Shown: positions 54,765-62,916 of the stretch, one piece after another
How positions within the stretch are numbered: position 1 is the stretch's first letter
Layout of the letters: every line of letters begins with the position of its first letter
NCBI GenBank assembly: GCA_016180645.1
Contig: JACPAV010000005.1
Location: 124,001 to 186,916, forward strand
Length of the DNA stretch: 62,916 bases
Direction of reading: 5' to 3'
From: Nitrospirota bacterium
GTDB lineage: Bacteria > JACPQY01
Made by a program: the position numbers and the translations under genes
Notes under the pieces: generated by a model
Told to the model about the DNA's origin: nothing
The model's input: the letters and a program-made list of their open reading frames with translations, nothing else
The model's database searches: none

Positions 54765-55544
54765 TCACGGCTTCCCCGCGGACCTCAGCCAGCGGATATA
54801 GGCCTTGATGGATTCGATATCTCCCTCGTCCAACACATCCTTGTAGGCCGGCATTTTGATCGTCTGGCGATTGAGAAAGAACCGGGCGAGCGGATTCCTT
54901 TCCAGGCGAGGGTTGGTCCCTTCCCGAATCCAGTGCTCCAGTTCGGCGTCATCCTTCACCAGTTCGTCGTAGTCCGCGCCGCTCCATGACGGGATGTACC
55001 CGGTGAGCGAGGATGGATTTCCTGGGGTCCCCTTTCCGCCCGGACCGTGACAACCGAAGCAACCGTGCTCCCGCGCCTCCTCGTAGCCCTCGTGCTCGGG
55101 AGTATCCTTCGAAGGCTCCTCCATCTCGGAAACGGCCTTGAAATATTTCACTAGATCTTCCAGTTGCCCGCAGCAGAGCTTCCCTTCGTAAGCGGGCATC
55201 TTGATGAGCATGCGCCTGCGATTCTCTTGGAACGCCGCGTCGTTTTCCTTGCGTTTGGGGTAGCCGTAGAGAATCCACTCGCGCAGATCCGCCTCGCTCT
55301 TTTCGTGGATGTACATCATCTGAGTTCCACCGACCCACGCCGGAACCTCCTGTTCCTCCGCGCCGGGATTCGCGATGCCTTGGAGGCCGCCGTCGCCGTG
55401 GCAGTTGAAGCAGCCCGCTTTCATCGCCACCCGCCGGCCCCGCTCAATCGGGGAGATGTTCCGGCACCTCACCCACCACAATCCCCCTCCAACAGCGACC
55501 AGAAGGACCGCCGCGGCCAGTCCGATTTTCTTCCTTCGACTCAC
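54765..55544 (-). CDS. Membrane-anchored diheme cytochrome c
   Basis: N-terminal TM; CFNCH and CFGCH, each followed by IKMPAY. Confidence 0.88.
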   Translation of the reverse strand: MSRRKKIGLAAAVLLVAVGGGLWWVRCRNISPIERGRRVAMKAGCFNCHGDGGLQGIANPGAEEQEVPAWVGGTQMMYIHEKSEADLREWILYGYPKRKENDAAFQENRRRMLIKMPAYEGKLCCGQLEDLVKYFKAVSEMEEPSKDTPEHEGYEEAREHGCFGCHGPGGKGTPGNPSSLTGYIPSWSGADYDELVKDDAELEHWIREGTNPRLERNPLARFFLNRQTIKMPAYKDVLDEGDIESIKAYIRWLRSAGKP

Positions 55545-55568
55545 GACTTGCGTCTCACGATTTACGCC

Positions 55569-55976
55569 TCAGTGTTTGTGTTCCCCACCCGATTCCTTTG
55601 ATTCCACCTTGGGCGCCGCCCCTTTCAGCTCCTTCACCGAATCCACGATGATGGCCGTCGCCCCTCCCTTTTCGATCCGTTCTCCCTTGATTTCCACGCG
55701 CTCCGCCGCCAGCTTCTTCACGTCGTCGAAGGCCGATTCATTGTCGTGGCTCGGCAGGAGCAGCAGGACCTTCTGGTCGTCCGTCAGCAGCGCCGCCGGA
55801 ATGCCTTTCCGCAGGCACGTCTGCGCGCACTTCTTGTGCCCCCTGCCTTTTTCGTTGTGAGTGAAATAGCAGGTGGAATCGATCACCTCCCCCTGAACGG
55901 TCACCTGCTCGCCCGCTATCACCACATTCGCACTTAGAATCATTCCAAGAACACCGTAAATGAACCAACGGTTCAT
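55569..55976 (-). CDS. Small secreted protein with C...H..CAxxC motif
   Basis: Signal peptide; GEVIDSTCY...HKKCAQTC. Confidence 0.75.
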   Translation of the reverse strand: MNRWFIYGVLGMILSANVVIAGEQVTVQGEVIDSTCYFTHNEKGRGHKKCAQTCLRKGIPAALLTDDQKVLLLLPSHDNESAFDDVKKLAAERVEIKGERIEKGGATAIIVDSVKELKGAAPKVESKESGGEHKH

Positions 55977-56002
55977 GAGTTTCTCCTTTCGTAACCCTTC
56001 AG

Positions 56003-56187
56003 CACCCCCCATCCTAACCTTCCCCCTCAAGGGGGGAAGGGATAAGTGAGAGTGCGCTTCCCTTTCTTTCTCCCTCCCCCTTCCAGCCTTCGCAGCCGGA
56101 GCTGCTCCCGCCTTCGCGAAGCCCGCTTCGGCGGGCGAAGGAAGGTCGGCGGAGTAGGCCGACGGGGAAGGGTCAGGGTGGAGGTGA
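56003..56187. repeat. Compound palindromic intergenic repeat
   Basis: CCTTCCCCC-TCAA-GGGGGGAAGG; CCTTCGC...CCCGC-TTCG-GCGGG-CGAAGG; related element at about 41032-41090. Confidence 0.6.
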
Positions 56188-56204
56188 ACGCTTATCTCCT
56201 TTCG

Positions 56205-58244
56205 TTACGACTGAGCTGCCAGGTGCTCCGCCAGCCGGTGGCCCAAGGCCATCGCCGTAAGTTGCGGCGGAACACCAATGGAATCAGGATACAGGCTGGT
56301 GTCGCACACGTAAACCCCTTTGACCCCGAACACCGCCCCATAGGGATCGGCCGCACCCTTGGTGGGATCCGAGCCGATTCCGCACGTAGACTGAGGATGG
56401 ACCGACACGTAGGGCACGGAACGCATGTCCACCTCGGCGATCCTCGTGATCTCCTCCGGCTTCTCGAGAATCGCTCCCTTCGGCATCGTCAGCATGACTT
56501 TCTTCGCGCCCGCAGCGAACAGCAATTTCGCACAGTGCACCCAGGATTCTCGAAGCGTCTCCAAGTCGCTCGGCGTGAGCGCATATTTTATTCGCGGTCG
56601 GCCTGCGCCGTGGACGCTCACCTGCCCTTCCGTCCGGTCGTGGATGAAGGGTGAGAGCGCCGCGACGTGCCGATATTGCGTCATGGCGTCCCGATGGAAT
56701 CGGCCGACACCGGGCACGATTCCGGAGAAAAGCATGGGGTGGCCGAAGGCCGAAACCACCACGTAGGATCCCTCGGGCCGCGGCTTGAAGAACTCCGTAA
56801 CCACGACGCTCTGGGGAAGTCCCCGCCATCCCTCGATCGGTTCATCGAAAAGGCCGGCCACGCTCGTCCCAGGGTGTAGATGGAGACCCGCTCCAATCCG
56901 TGGGTTGCTTGCCCCAAGCCCCGATCGAATCAGCAGCACCGGAGAGTCGATTCCCCCCGCGGAGACGATCACACGCTTGCAACGGATCTTCATGGTGCGT
57001 CCGGCCGCTGATTTCGCTTCGACCGCCACGACCGATCCACCTTCCACCGCGATCCGTTGCGCCCGGCAATTCGTGACGACCTTACCTCCATGGGCCACGA
57101 ACGAGGGGAGAAAGGCCACGGGAATATTGTTCTTACGATCATAGGCGCAGCCCAATTCGCAGAAGCCGCTCCCGAGACAGTCCGTCCGGTTATGCCTTGC
57201 CACCTCGAAAAGCCATCCCAGCTTTTGGGAGCCGCTCACCGCCACTTTGTTGTTGAGATTGACTTGGCTTTCGTCAATCCGAGTTACCCGGATCCGCGTT
57301 TCCACCGCCTGGTAGTGGCGCTCCATGCCGGCCACGCTCATGTCTTCCACTCCCGAACGGCGCCGCCAATCTTCGAAGATCCACTCCGGGGCGCGGTAGC
57401 AGAGGTTGATGTTATGGACGGTCGACCCGCCCACGCCGCGGCCCTGGATCACGTTGATCCGGCGGTCCGCCGTCTGCCGGAATCCGAATTCGTTGAACAA
57501 GCGCGGGATCATTTCTTCTTCCCGCTGATTCATTTGATCGCTTGTGACGTAGGCCCCCGCTTCCAGTGCGAGCACTTCCACTCCGCGGTCGGCCAGCTCC
57601 GTCGCCGCGACGCCGCCACCCGCGCCAAACCCAATCACGACCGTGTGGGCGTCCATCTCAGCCGGCGTTTCCGGATCATCCGCCGAGGACACGCCCGATG
57701 TCACCTTCACGGGAACATGGGGCATGGGAATGCGGCCGACCCACGGCCCGTCGTATCCGATTTCCGGCCACACCTCCTCACGCCCGTAGTGGGCCATGGC
57801 GCAGAGGGTGCGCAAAAGAACCATGAGCATTCGCCGCGAATCGATCCGGCTGTCGAGCCACCCCTCAAGAACTTCTTCCTGTTCTTCCCGCGTAAGCCGT
57901 CCAAAGGTCTTGAAGCGAAGCCCAAAGACAGGCTGATAATGGATCACCCGCGCCAGAATACTCACGACCTTGACGAGATCGATCTCCGTGCTTGGAAATA
58001 CTTTTCGAACCAATCGATCGACGCTCTCGGGATCGAAGGGCTTGTCCTGTGGACCGAGTCCCAGCAGCGCCGTTCCCACCACGGCCAGGACGCCATGGTG
58101 GCTGCCATCGCTCCCAGCCGCCTTTGGTCCATTCCCGCATGAGGCCGCCAGAAGCACTCCAAACGCGCTGTTGCTTCTTAGAAAGTCCCGACGCGTGAAC
58201 CGTTCGACTTCAGCCAGCGAAAGCAGATCTCTACCGTTCGACAC
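56205..58244 (-). CDS. GMC family oxidoreductase with N-terminal Tat-like/subunit-3-like domain
   Basis: TRRDFL, GFGAGG FAD motif, GVGGSTVHN, CLGSGFCELGC, HPQSTC. Confidence 0.88.
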   Translation of the reverse strand: MSNGRDLLSLAEVERFTRRDFLRSNSAFGVLLAASCGNGPKAAGSDGSHHGVLAVVGTALLGLGPQDKPFDPESVDRLVRKVFPSTEIDLVKVVSILARVIHYQPVFGLRFKTFGRLTREEQEEVLEGWLDSRIDSRRMLMVLLRTLCAMAHYGREEVWPEIGYDGPWVGRIPMPHVPVKVTSGVSSADDPETPAEMDAHTVVIGFGAGGGVAATELADRGVEVLALEAGAYVTSDQMNQREEEMIPRLFNEFGFRQTADRRINVIQGRGVGGSTVHNINLCYRAPEWIFEDWRRRSGVEDMSVAGMERHYQAVETRIRVTRIDESQVNLNNKVAVSGSQKLGWLFEVARHNRTDCLGSGFCELGCAYDRKNNIPVAFLPSFVAHGGKVVTNCRAQRIAVEGGSVVAVEAKSAAGRTMKIRCKRVIVSAGGIDSPVLLIRSGLGASNPRIGAGLHLHPGTSVAGLFDEPIEGWRGLPQSVVVTEFFKPRPEGSYVVVSAFGHPMLFSGIVPGVGRFHRDAMTQYRHVAALSPFIHDRTEGQVSVHGAGRPRIKYALTPSDLETLRESWVHCAKLLFAAGAKKVMLTMPKGAILEKPEEITRIAEVDMRSVPYVSVHPQSTCGIGSDPTKGAADPYGAVFGVKGVYVCDTSLYPDSIGVPPQLTAMALGHRLAEHLAAQS

Positions 58245-58414
58245 GACTCCGATTATAGGTGAATCCTGGCCGCCAAGTCAGCAAGATTATGAGACAGTCG
58301 ACCTTCTGACTTCTTCCCACCCGCGCCCGCGTCACGCCAAAAGTGGTGGCCTGCGCACCGGGTGAGGAGCGACGTAAGGATCGCAGGGATAGATTGCGTA
58401 GGCAGGACTCTCCC

Positions 58415-58443
58415 TTGACCTTAGTCACGCGACGCGTTATTAT
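58415..58443 (+). promoter_or_regulatory. Sigma-70 promoter of higBA with operator palindrome in the spacer
   Basis: TTGACC-17 nt-TATTAT; spacer contains imperfect palindrome GTCACGCG-A-CGCGTTAT. Confidence 0.72.
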
Positions 58444-58451
58444 TCACCGCA

Positions 58452-58730
58452 TTGATCAAGTCGTTCAAATGCGCCGACACGGAAGCTCTTACGAAAGGCC
58501 GGCGGGTCAAACGGTTTGTGAACATCGAGACCGTTGCCCGGCGCAAGCTTCGTCAACTCGAAATCGCAGGCCGGCTCGAAGACCTCCGCGTCCCGCCTGG
58601 AAACCGTCTGGAACCGCTCAGGGGCCATCGCGCGGGCCAGCACAATATTCGCGTGAATGATCAGCACCGCGTGTGCTTTCGCTGGACGGACGCGGGCGTC
58701 GAGGATGTGGAGATTGTCGATTACCATTAG
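58452..58730 (+). CDS. higB: HigB toxin (RelE/ParE family)
   Basis: MIKSF, DLRVPPGNRLE, IRVNDQ.R.CF.W, VEIVDYH. Confidence 0.93.
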   Translation: MIKSFKCADTEALTKGRRVKRFVNIETVARRKLRQLEIAGRLEDLRVPPGNRLEPLRGHRAGQHNIRVNDQHRVCFRWTDAGVEDVEIVDYH

Positions 58731-58742
58731 GGGAGGAATGGC

Positions 58743-59078
58743 ATGCGTAGACTCAGGCCTGTGACGCCCGGCGAGCTTCTGCGGGAGGAGTTCCTGAGGC
58801 CCATGGGGCTCAGTCAATACCGCTTGGCCAAGGAGATTGGGGTACCTGCTCAGCGAGTCGGCGAGATCGTGGCCGGCAGGCGGGCCGTCACAGCGGACAC
58901 CGATTTGCGTCTGTGCCGATTCTTCGGCCTGTCCAATGGCTACTGGTTGCGGGCGCAGGCGGCCTACGACACCGAGGTGGCGGAGAGAGTCCTCGGCCAT
59001 GCTTTGGCCAGGATCAAACCATGGGCAAAATCGGTGAACCGTGGAGAGCCGCAGGGCTTCCGTTCAACCGGCCCGTAG
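58743..59078 (+). CDS. higA: HigA antitoxin
   Basis: PGELLREEFL.PMGLSQYRLAK, RAVTADTDLRL, YWL..QA.YD. Confidence 0.93.
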   Translation: MRRLRPVTPGELLREEFLRPMGLSQYRLAKEIGVPAQRVGEIVAGRRAVTADTDLRLCRFFGLSNGYWLRAQAAYDTEVAERVLGHALARIKPWAKSVNRGEPQGFRSTGP

Positions 59079-60116
59079 TCCTGGGAGCTTGAAGCGCTCC
59101 CAATCAGTTTTCGGCGCAGTCAACTCAACTTCAAATCATCATCCTCTCGAACGGATTCAGGGCATTTCGACAGGCGCATCTCTCCGGTAGTGCCATCAGC
59201 GAATTTCATGGAGACTCGACCGCTCAAGAATGGAGGCCCGCCCTTGCCCATTCCACGACCGGGGTCATTGAGGCGCGGAGATCCACCGTGATACTGTACC
59301 CAGGAAACGGTCATGGCATTCCATCTGGTAACGCTGATTTTCGCGGGCGAAGTGCCGACGCTGAACGCCTATTCGCAGACGTGGGGCGATGAGTTCCGGA
59401 TCTCGGCCCTGACCGACATCAGGCAATCGGAATCCAGGCGGGAGAAGGGGCTAGGCGGCTCCCCCCTGTTCCGGATCGTCATCAATCTGATCCCGCCATT
59501 CCGACCCGAGCTTCTGGGCTCGCTCGCGAGCAAGATCGAAGAATCGCTCGTTCTCCCCGGGTCCGGCCAGGGTGACGCCGTAGAAATTGAAATCATCCTC
59601 CCCGACCTCACGGAGAAGATTCTTGTCCGTCCCAACCGCTACGAAGACCTTGAATCGATCCGTGCCGTCTGCCTGAAACTGCGCGGGTTCGTCGAGCCGC
59701 GTTAGTCGCGCAACCGTCGGGGCCGGGCGACGTACCTTCCCGAGTCAGCGGAAGTCTCGGGTCACAAATCGAAGGAAATCTGGGGACACCATACCTCTTT
59801 CGGTGAAAGGGGCTTCGAGGGTCGGGCCGGGGCCTAGGGCTTCGAGGGTCAGACATGGGGGTTGACAATGCGAGGATGGAGGCGAGCGGGAGGATGAGCA
59901 TCACCCTCGTTCCTTCTCTCGGCCCTTATGGCCTCGTGGAAGCTCGGGTACCGCATCCTGTCCAAGGGTCAGGTCTTGCGTTAGCAGATGGACTGTGAGT
60001 AATAGAAGGATCATTTCGTGGAATCACGCCCGCTCACATCGCCGCTCAGTAGTATCAAGTCAAGATTTGACCCCATAGCTTCCTGAATATTCTCGCCCTC
60101 TGACCCTCCAGTCCGG

Positions 60117-61565
60117 CTAGTTACTTTGGAAGTCATTGCCTTCGCCCACACAAACTTCGAGGTCCGTAATCTCGGAGTCGTGAACCGTGTCCAATAGGAA
60201 CGATTCACCGGAATCCAGATTGCTCAGCCACACGGAACTCGAGTGGCGAATCTGGGAGCAATCAGCAGAGGCACAGACGGTCGAGTTCACATGAATCACC
60301 TGCCTTCGATCCACCCACTGGTATGTGTCAATATTAACCCACCTTCTCCTTTCCGTCTCGCCAAACGGAAATTGGTATTCGAGGTGGGTCGCTCGCGAAT
60401 TTGGAGAAAGTATGTTCTTAATTACGTAGAAACTGGTGCCACGGCGATCATCCTTGAGAAATCCCAGTTGCATGCCTTCCGGCGCGAACTTTGGCTGCAA
60501 TGATTTCTCCACTACTGATTCCGCGCGGCCGTTCGCCAGATTGACGAGAACCGTATTCCACCCCACGAACGAATCGTACTCATCGTCCGCCTCCGTCGGG
60601 TTATTGGCATTAAAGGCGACAAAATTGCCGGATGGACTCCAAGTGATGGGTCGGTACCCATCAAAAATGAGAGTCCAAGGGTCAAGATTGTCCAGCGCGG
60701 GCCGAAGTCGTCTCTCGTTGACATCATAGAGCAGAATCTGTTCGACCCCATCACAGTGAGGTGGTATTGGAAGGGACTTGATTCCAACGGTACTTCCGTC
60801 CGGGGACCAAGCAGGGCTTCCAATATGCCCATCACACGGTTCACCTGTCCTGTTACGCGGCTGGAATATCAAATCGATCTGCCCGGTAAGCGGATTCAGG
60901 AGGTAAACGCCAATTTGCCCGGGATTTGCGTGTCCCGCGAGTGCGACATGACCACCCCGCGGAGACCATCTCATACTTTGAGTATTGAATCCTCCCGGAA
61001 CGGGCAAGACCGTTGAAGCATGATTTTCAGAAACGTCGCGTATCTCATCCATCCACCAAGAAGATTCGGTCGACAACGATTCGTCGACCCAGCTGGATGC
61101 CAGGACATCTCGGCAATCAGGGGAAACCGCAAACGCCGTCACTCTCTGGGAAAGCACTTGCCTCCGACCGGTGGATACGTCCAAGCGGACCAACTGCGCT
61201 TCCAATTGACTACGCAGAATATGAGGACCACCGTCATAGTACTGCACCCAATGTTTTTGGATATCGTATTGTGAAAGATAGAAAACTGACAAGGAGCGTC
61301 CTTCCGAATCTTTTACGCCAGGTCTCCAGAAGGTCGCCTCGGTGGAAGAATCTCCCTCGGACTTGGATTCACCATTGAAAGGCTTTTCCTCATCAGAGAT
61401 ACCCGCGTCCCGTCCGGAACTCTTGGAGCCTGCGTGGTCTCCCGGCAAGCCGCAGCCGATGTCCAAAAGAAGGGCAAATACATACAGGGGGCAGTTGAAA
61501 AAACCGCCGCTCAAGATCCTGACCGCTCGATCACGCATCCATGCGCTCCTCACTTGGTTCATCAT
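60117..61565 (-). CDS. TolB-like beta-propeller protein, probable lipoprotein
   Basis: Repeated VSPD/WSPRG/WSPDG/WSPSG/FAPEG blades; hydrophobic stretch ending IGC. Confidence 0.75.
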   Translation of the reverse strand: MMNQVRSAWMRDRAVRILSGGFFNCPLYVFALLLDIGCGLPGDHAGSKSSGRDAGISDEEKPFNGESKSEGDSSTEATFWRPGVKDSEGRSLSVFYLSQYDIQKHWVQYYDGGPHILRSQLEAQLVRLDVSTGRRQVLSQRVTAFAVSPDCRDVLASSWVDESLSTESSWWMDEIRDVSENHASTVLPVPGGFNTQSMRWSPRGGHVALAGHANPGQIGVYLLNPLTGQIDLIFQPRNRTGEPCDGHIGSPAWSPDGSTVGIKSLPIPPHCDGVEQILLYDVNERRLRPALDNLDPWTLIFDGYRPITWSPSGNFVAFNANNPTEADDEYDSFVGWNTVLVNLANGRAESVVEKSLQPKFAPEGMQLGFLKDDRRGTSFYVIKNILSPNSRATHLEYQFPFGETERRRWVNIDTYQWVDRRQVIHVNSTVCASADCSQIRHSSSVWLSNLDSGESFLLDTVHDSEITDLEVCVGEGNDFQSN

Positions 61566-61578
61566 AGCACGGTCGAAG

Positions 61579-62916
61579 TTACTTTATCAACTCACTCCTC
61601 TTGGCGCTGAAGCTCTTCACAACCAGGAAGTCCCGAGAACCGTTCTTGTTGCTGAAGGTGAACTCAAGTTTCGGGACAGTGAATAAATCATCGCCATCCC
61701 CGGCGACCCCGTTCCCGCCTGCGTCTAAAAAGTAAATCGGAATCACGAAGGACGGCGCGATTTGGACCCCTCCCCACGGGTAGAGACAGCGCGCCTGAGG
61801 AGCCTTGAATCTACGCGGTTGAGGCGACTGGGTGGGGATTTCCTCTACGCCCCGCCCCGCGGCATCCTGAAGCTTGCTACTGGGGTCCTCGCTCAAATCC
61901 ACCGCGATCACAAAGGAGGACATGGAAACATCCGTTATGTGATGCCTGAAATTCAGAACAACGGAATCAAGGAAAGCATGTTTCAGGTTAGGAATTGCCC
62001 CCTCTGGACGAACGACAATCAGCCGATCCTTCGTGTTGGTCAAACCAAACATTATGGTTTCCATCTCATTCGGATTCCGGGCTTCACCGTAGATCGTGAA
62101 GAATCCGCTGGTCGGGTTAAAATCCGTGAATGCGCTTTTCCCGTCCGAATCCGCGTTCGCGTACTGCTGGGCCGTGGGATACTCATCCACCCCCGACCAA
62201 GCGGTATTCGGGTGTGGAGGATTGAAAACTGTGAAACTTGATGGGTCCACATGTTCGACCATCGACCCCGTCTTGTCCCTTCCCGAATACGCAACAACCC
62301 GTGCGCTAAACAGCACGAAATCACTTGGGCCAGATGCGGGATTGGGCGCCAGCGTTGATGCGGCGATCCGTACCAGACCGGTGGGAACGAGGGGCGGCGC
62401 ACCTTGCGTCCACCAGTGAGTCGTAGTGGGGTTGTTCCCAACGAATACTTGAGGAGATGGGAATACAAGACTGTTGAGAACCTCCACAGACCCTACCGAA
62501 TCAATCCCCCAGTTCATTTCTAACCCCGTTGGGAAGCCTGAAGTCAGATCTTTCTTCTGCAGGCCTCCCACCTCCGCGCACAGTTCACTTACCGGAATCC
62601 TGATTTCGCCGCCGTCAATAAACGTGCTGTTGGGTCGCGATGCTATGGAAAACGAGAGTATCGCAAGCGGGCAGGCGCAGTCCGCGGGGCAAATGTGGCA
62701 TCTTTCCCCCGCTTCACAGACGCCGTTCCCGCAGACGGCCCCGGAGGGCGGGGGTGGCGGCGGTGGGCAACAGTCCTGCGCACAGGTCAAGCAACTCTCG
62801 CCCGTTTCGCAGATAATGTTTCCGCAGGCGGGGCAGCCCCGACACGAGTGGACAAGTCTGCCCGGGCGATCGAGCGCCACGGCATGGATCTTGCCTTTCC
62901 ACACAACGCCCGAAGG
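61579..62916 (-). CDS. Cys-rich-repeat extracellular protein, 5' end probably outside window
   Basis: Two CGN..CE.GE.C..C..DC repeats separated by poly-Pro; frame open to the window edge. Confidence 0.7.
   Translation of the reverse strand, partial: PSGVVWKGKIHAVALDRPGRLVHSCRGCPACGNIICETGESCLTCAQDCCPPPPPPPSGAVCGNGVCEAGERCHICPADCACPLAILSFSIASRPNSTFIDGGEIRIPVSELCAEVGGLQKKDLTSGFPTGLEMNWGIDSVGSVEVLNSLVFPSPQVFVGNNPTTTHWWTQGAPPLVPTGLVRIAASTLAPNPASGPSDFVLFSARVVAYSGRDKTGSMVEHVDPSSFTVFNPPHPNTAWSGVDEYPTAQQYANADSDGKSAFTDFNPTSGFFTIYGEARNPNEMETIMFGLTNTKDRLIVVRPEGAIPNLKHAFLDSVVLNFRHHITDVSMSSFVIAVDLSEDPSSKLQDAAGRGVEEIPTQSPQPRRFKAPQARCLYPWGGVQIAPSFVIPIYFLDAGGNGVAGDGDDLFTVPKLEFTFSNKNGSRDFLVVKSFSAKRSELIK

Noticed and set aside
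59313-59705. 130-aa plus-strand ORF as a confident gene
   Set aside because: No RBS or motif; the opposite strand looks at least as protein-like, so left uncalled
1-62916. CRISPR array
   Set aside because: No regularly spaced repeat-spacer series or cas genes; repeats seen are REP/MITE/tandem types

Overview
High-GC bacterial window (gene content such as ccsA-hemA-hemC-cobA/hemD and lptC/A-lptB-rpoN-hpf-rapZ resembles Deltaproteobacteria/Nitrospirae-type genomes; taxon not determinable from sequence alone). It opens with the 3' part of a tRNA-Ser(GGA). The main feature is a ~22 kb hybrid RiPP locus (about 2.6-25.3 kb). It contains four asparagine-synthetase-like lasso cyclases in two parallel convergent modules, each with its own lasso precursor whose start lies inside the cyclase 3' end. 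It also has one RRE plus one B2 peptidase, three HPr-kinase-like proteins, a PRMT-fold methyltransferase, a nucleotidyltransferase whose 5' end is broken by two stacked MITE-like elements, an ABC exporter, and a radical SAM/SPASM plus PqqD unit with a third, Cys-containing precursor (14922-15095) that is missing from the ORF track. The locus is flanked by a GT-C-type membrane glycosyltransferase and an orphan Wzc with an HD-GYP gene. The rest is mostly housekeeping (heme, Lpt/RpoN, BamD, nucleotide-sugar, pantothenate), followed by tandem 3-hydroxyacyl-CoA dehydrogenases, a cyclase-STAND-TPR protein, a GMC/cytochrome c operon, higBA and genes for secreted proteins. Several small repeat families (GTAG-REPs, palindromes, 7-8-mer tandem repeats) are dispersed through the window. 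All product calls come from motif recognition by eye; no database searches were run.
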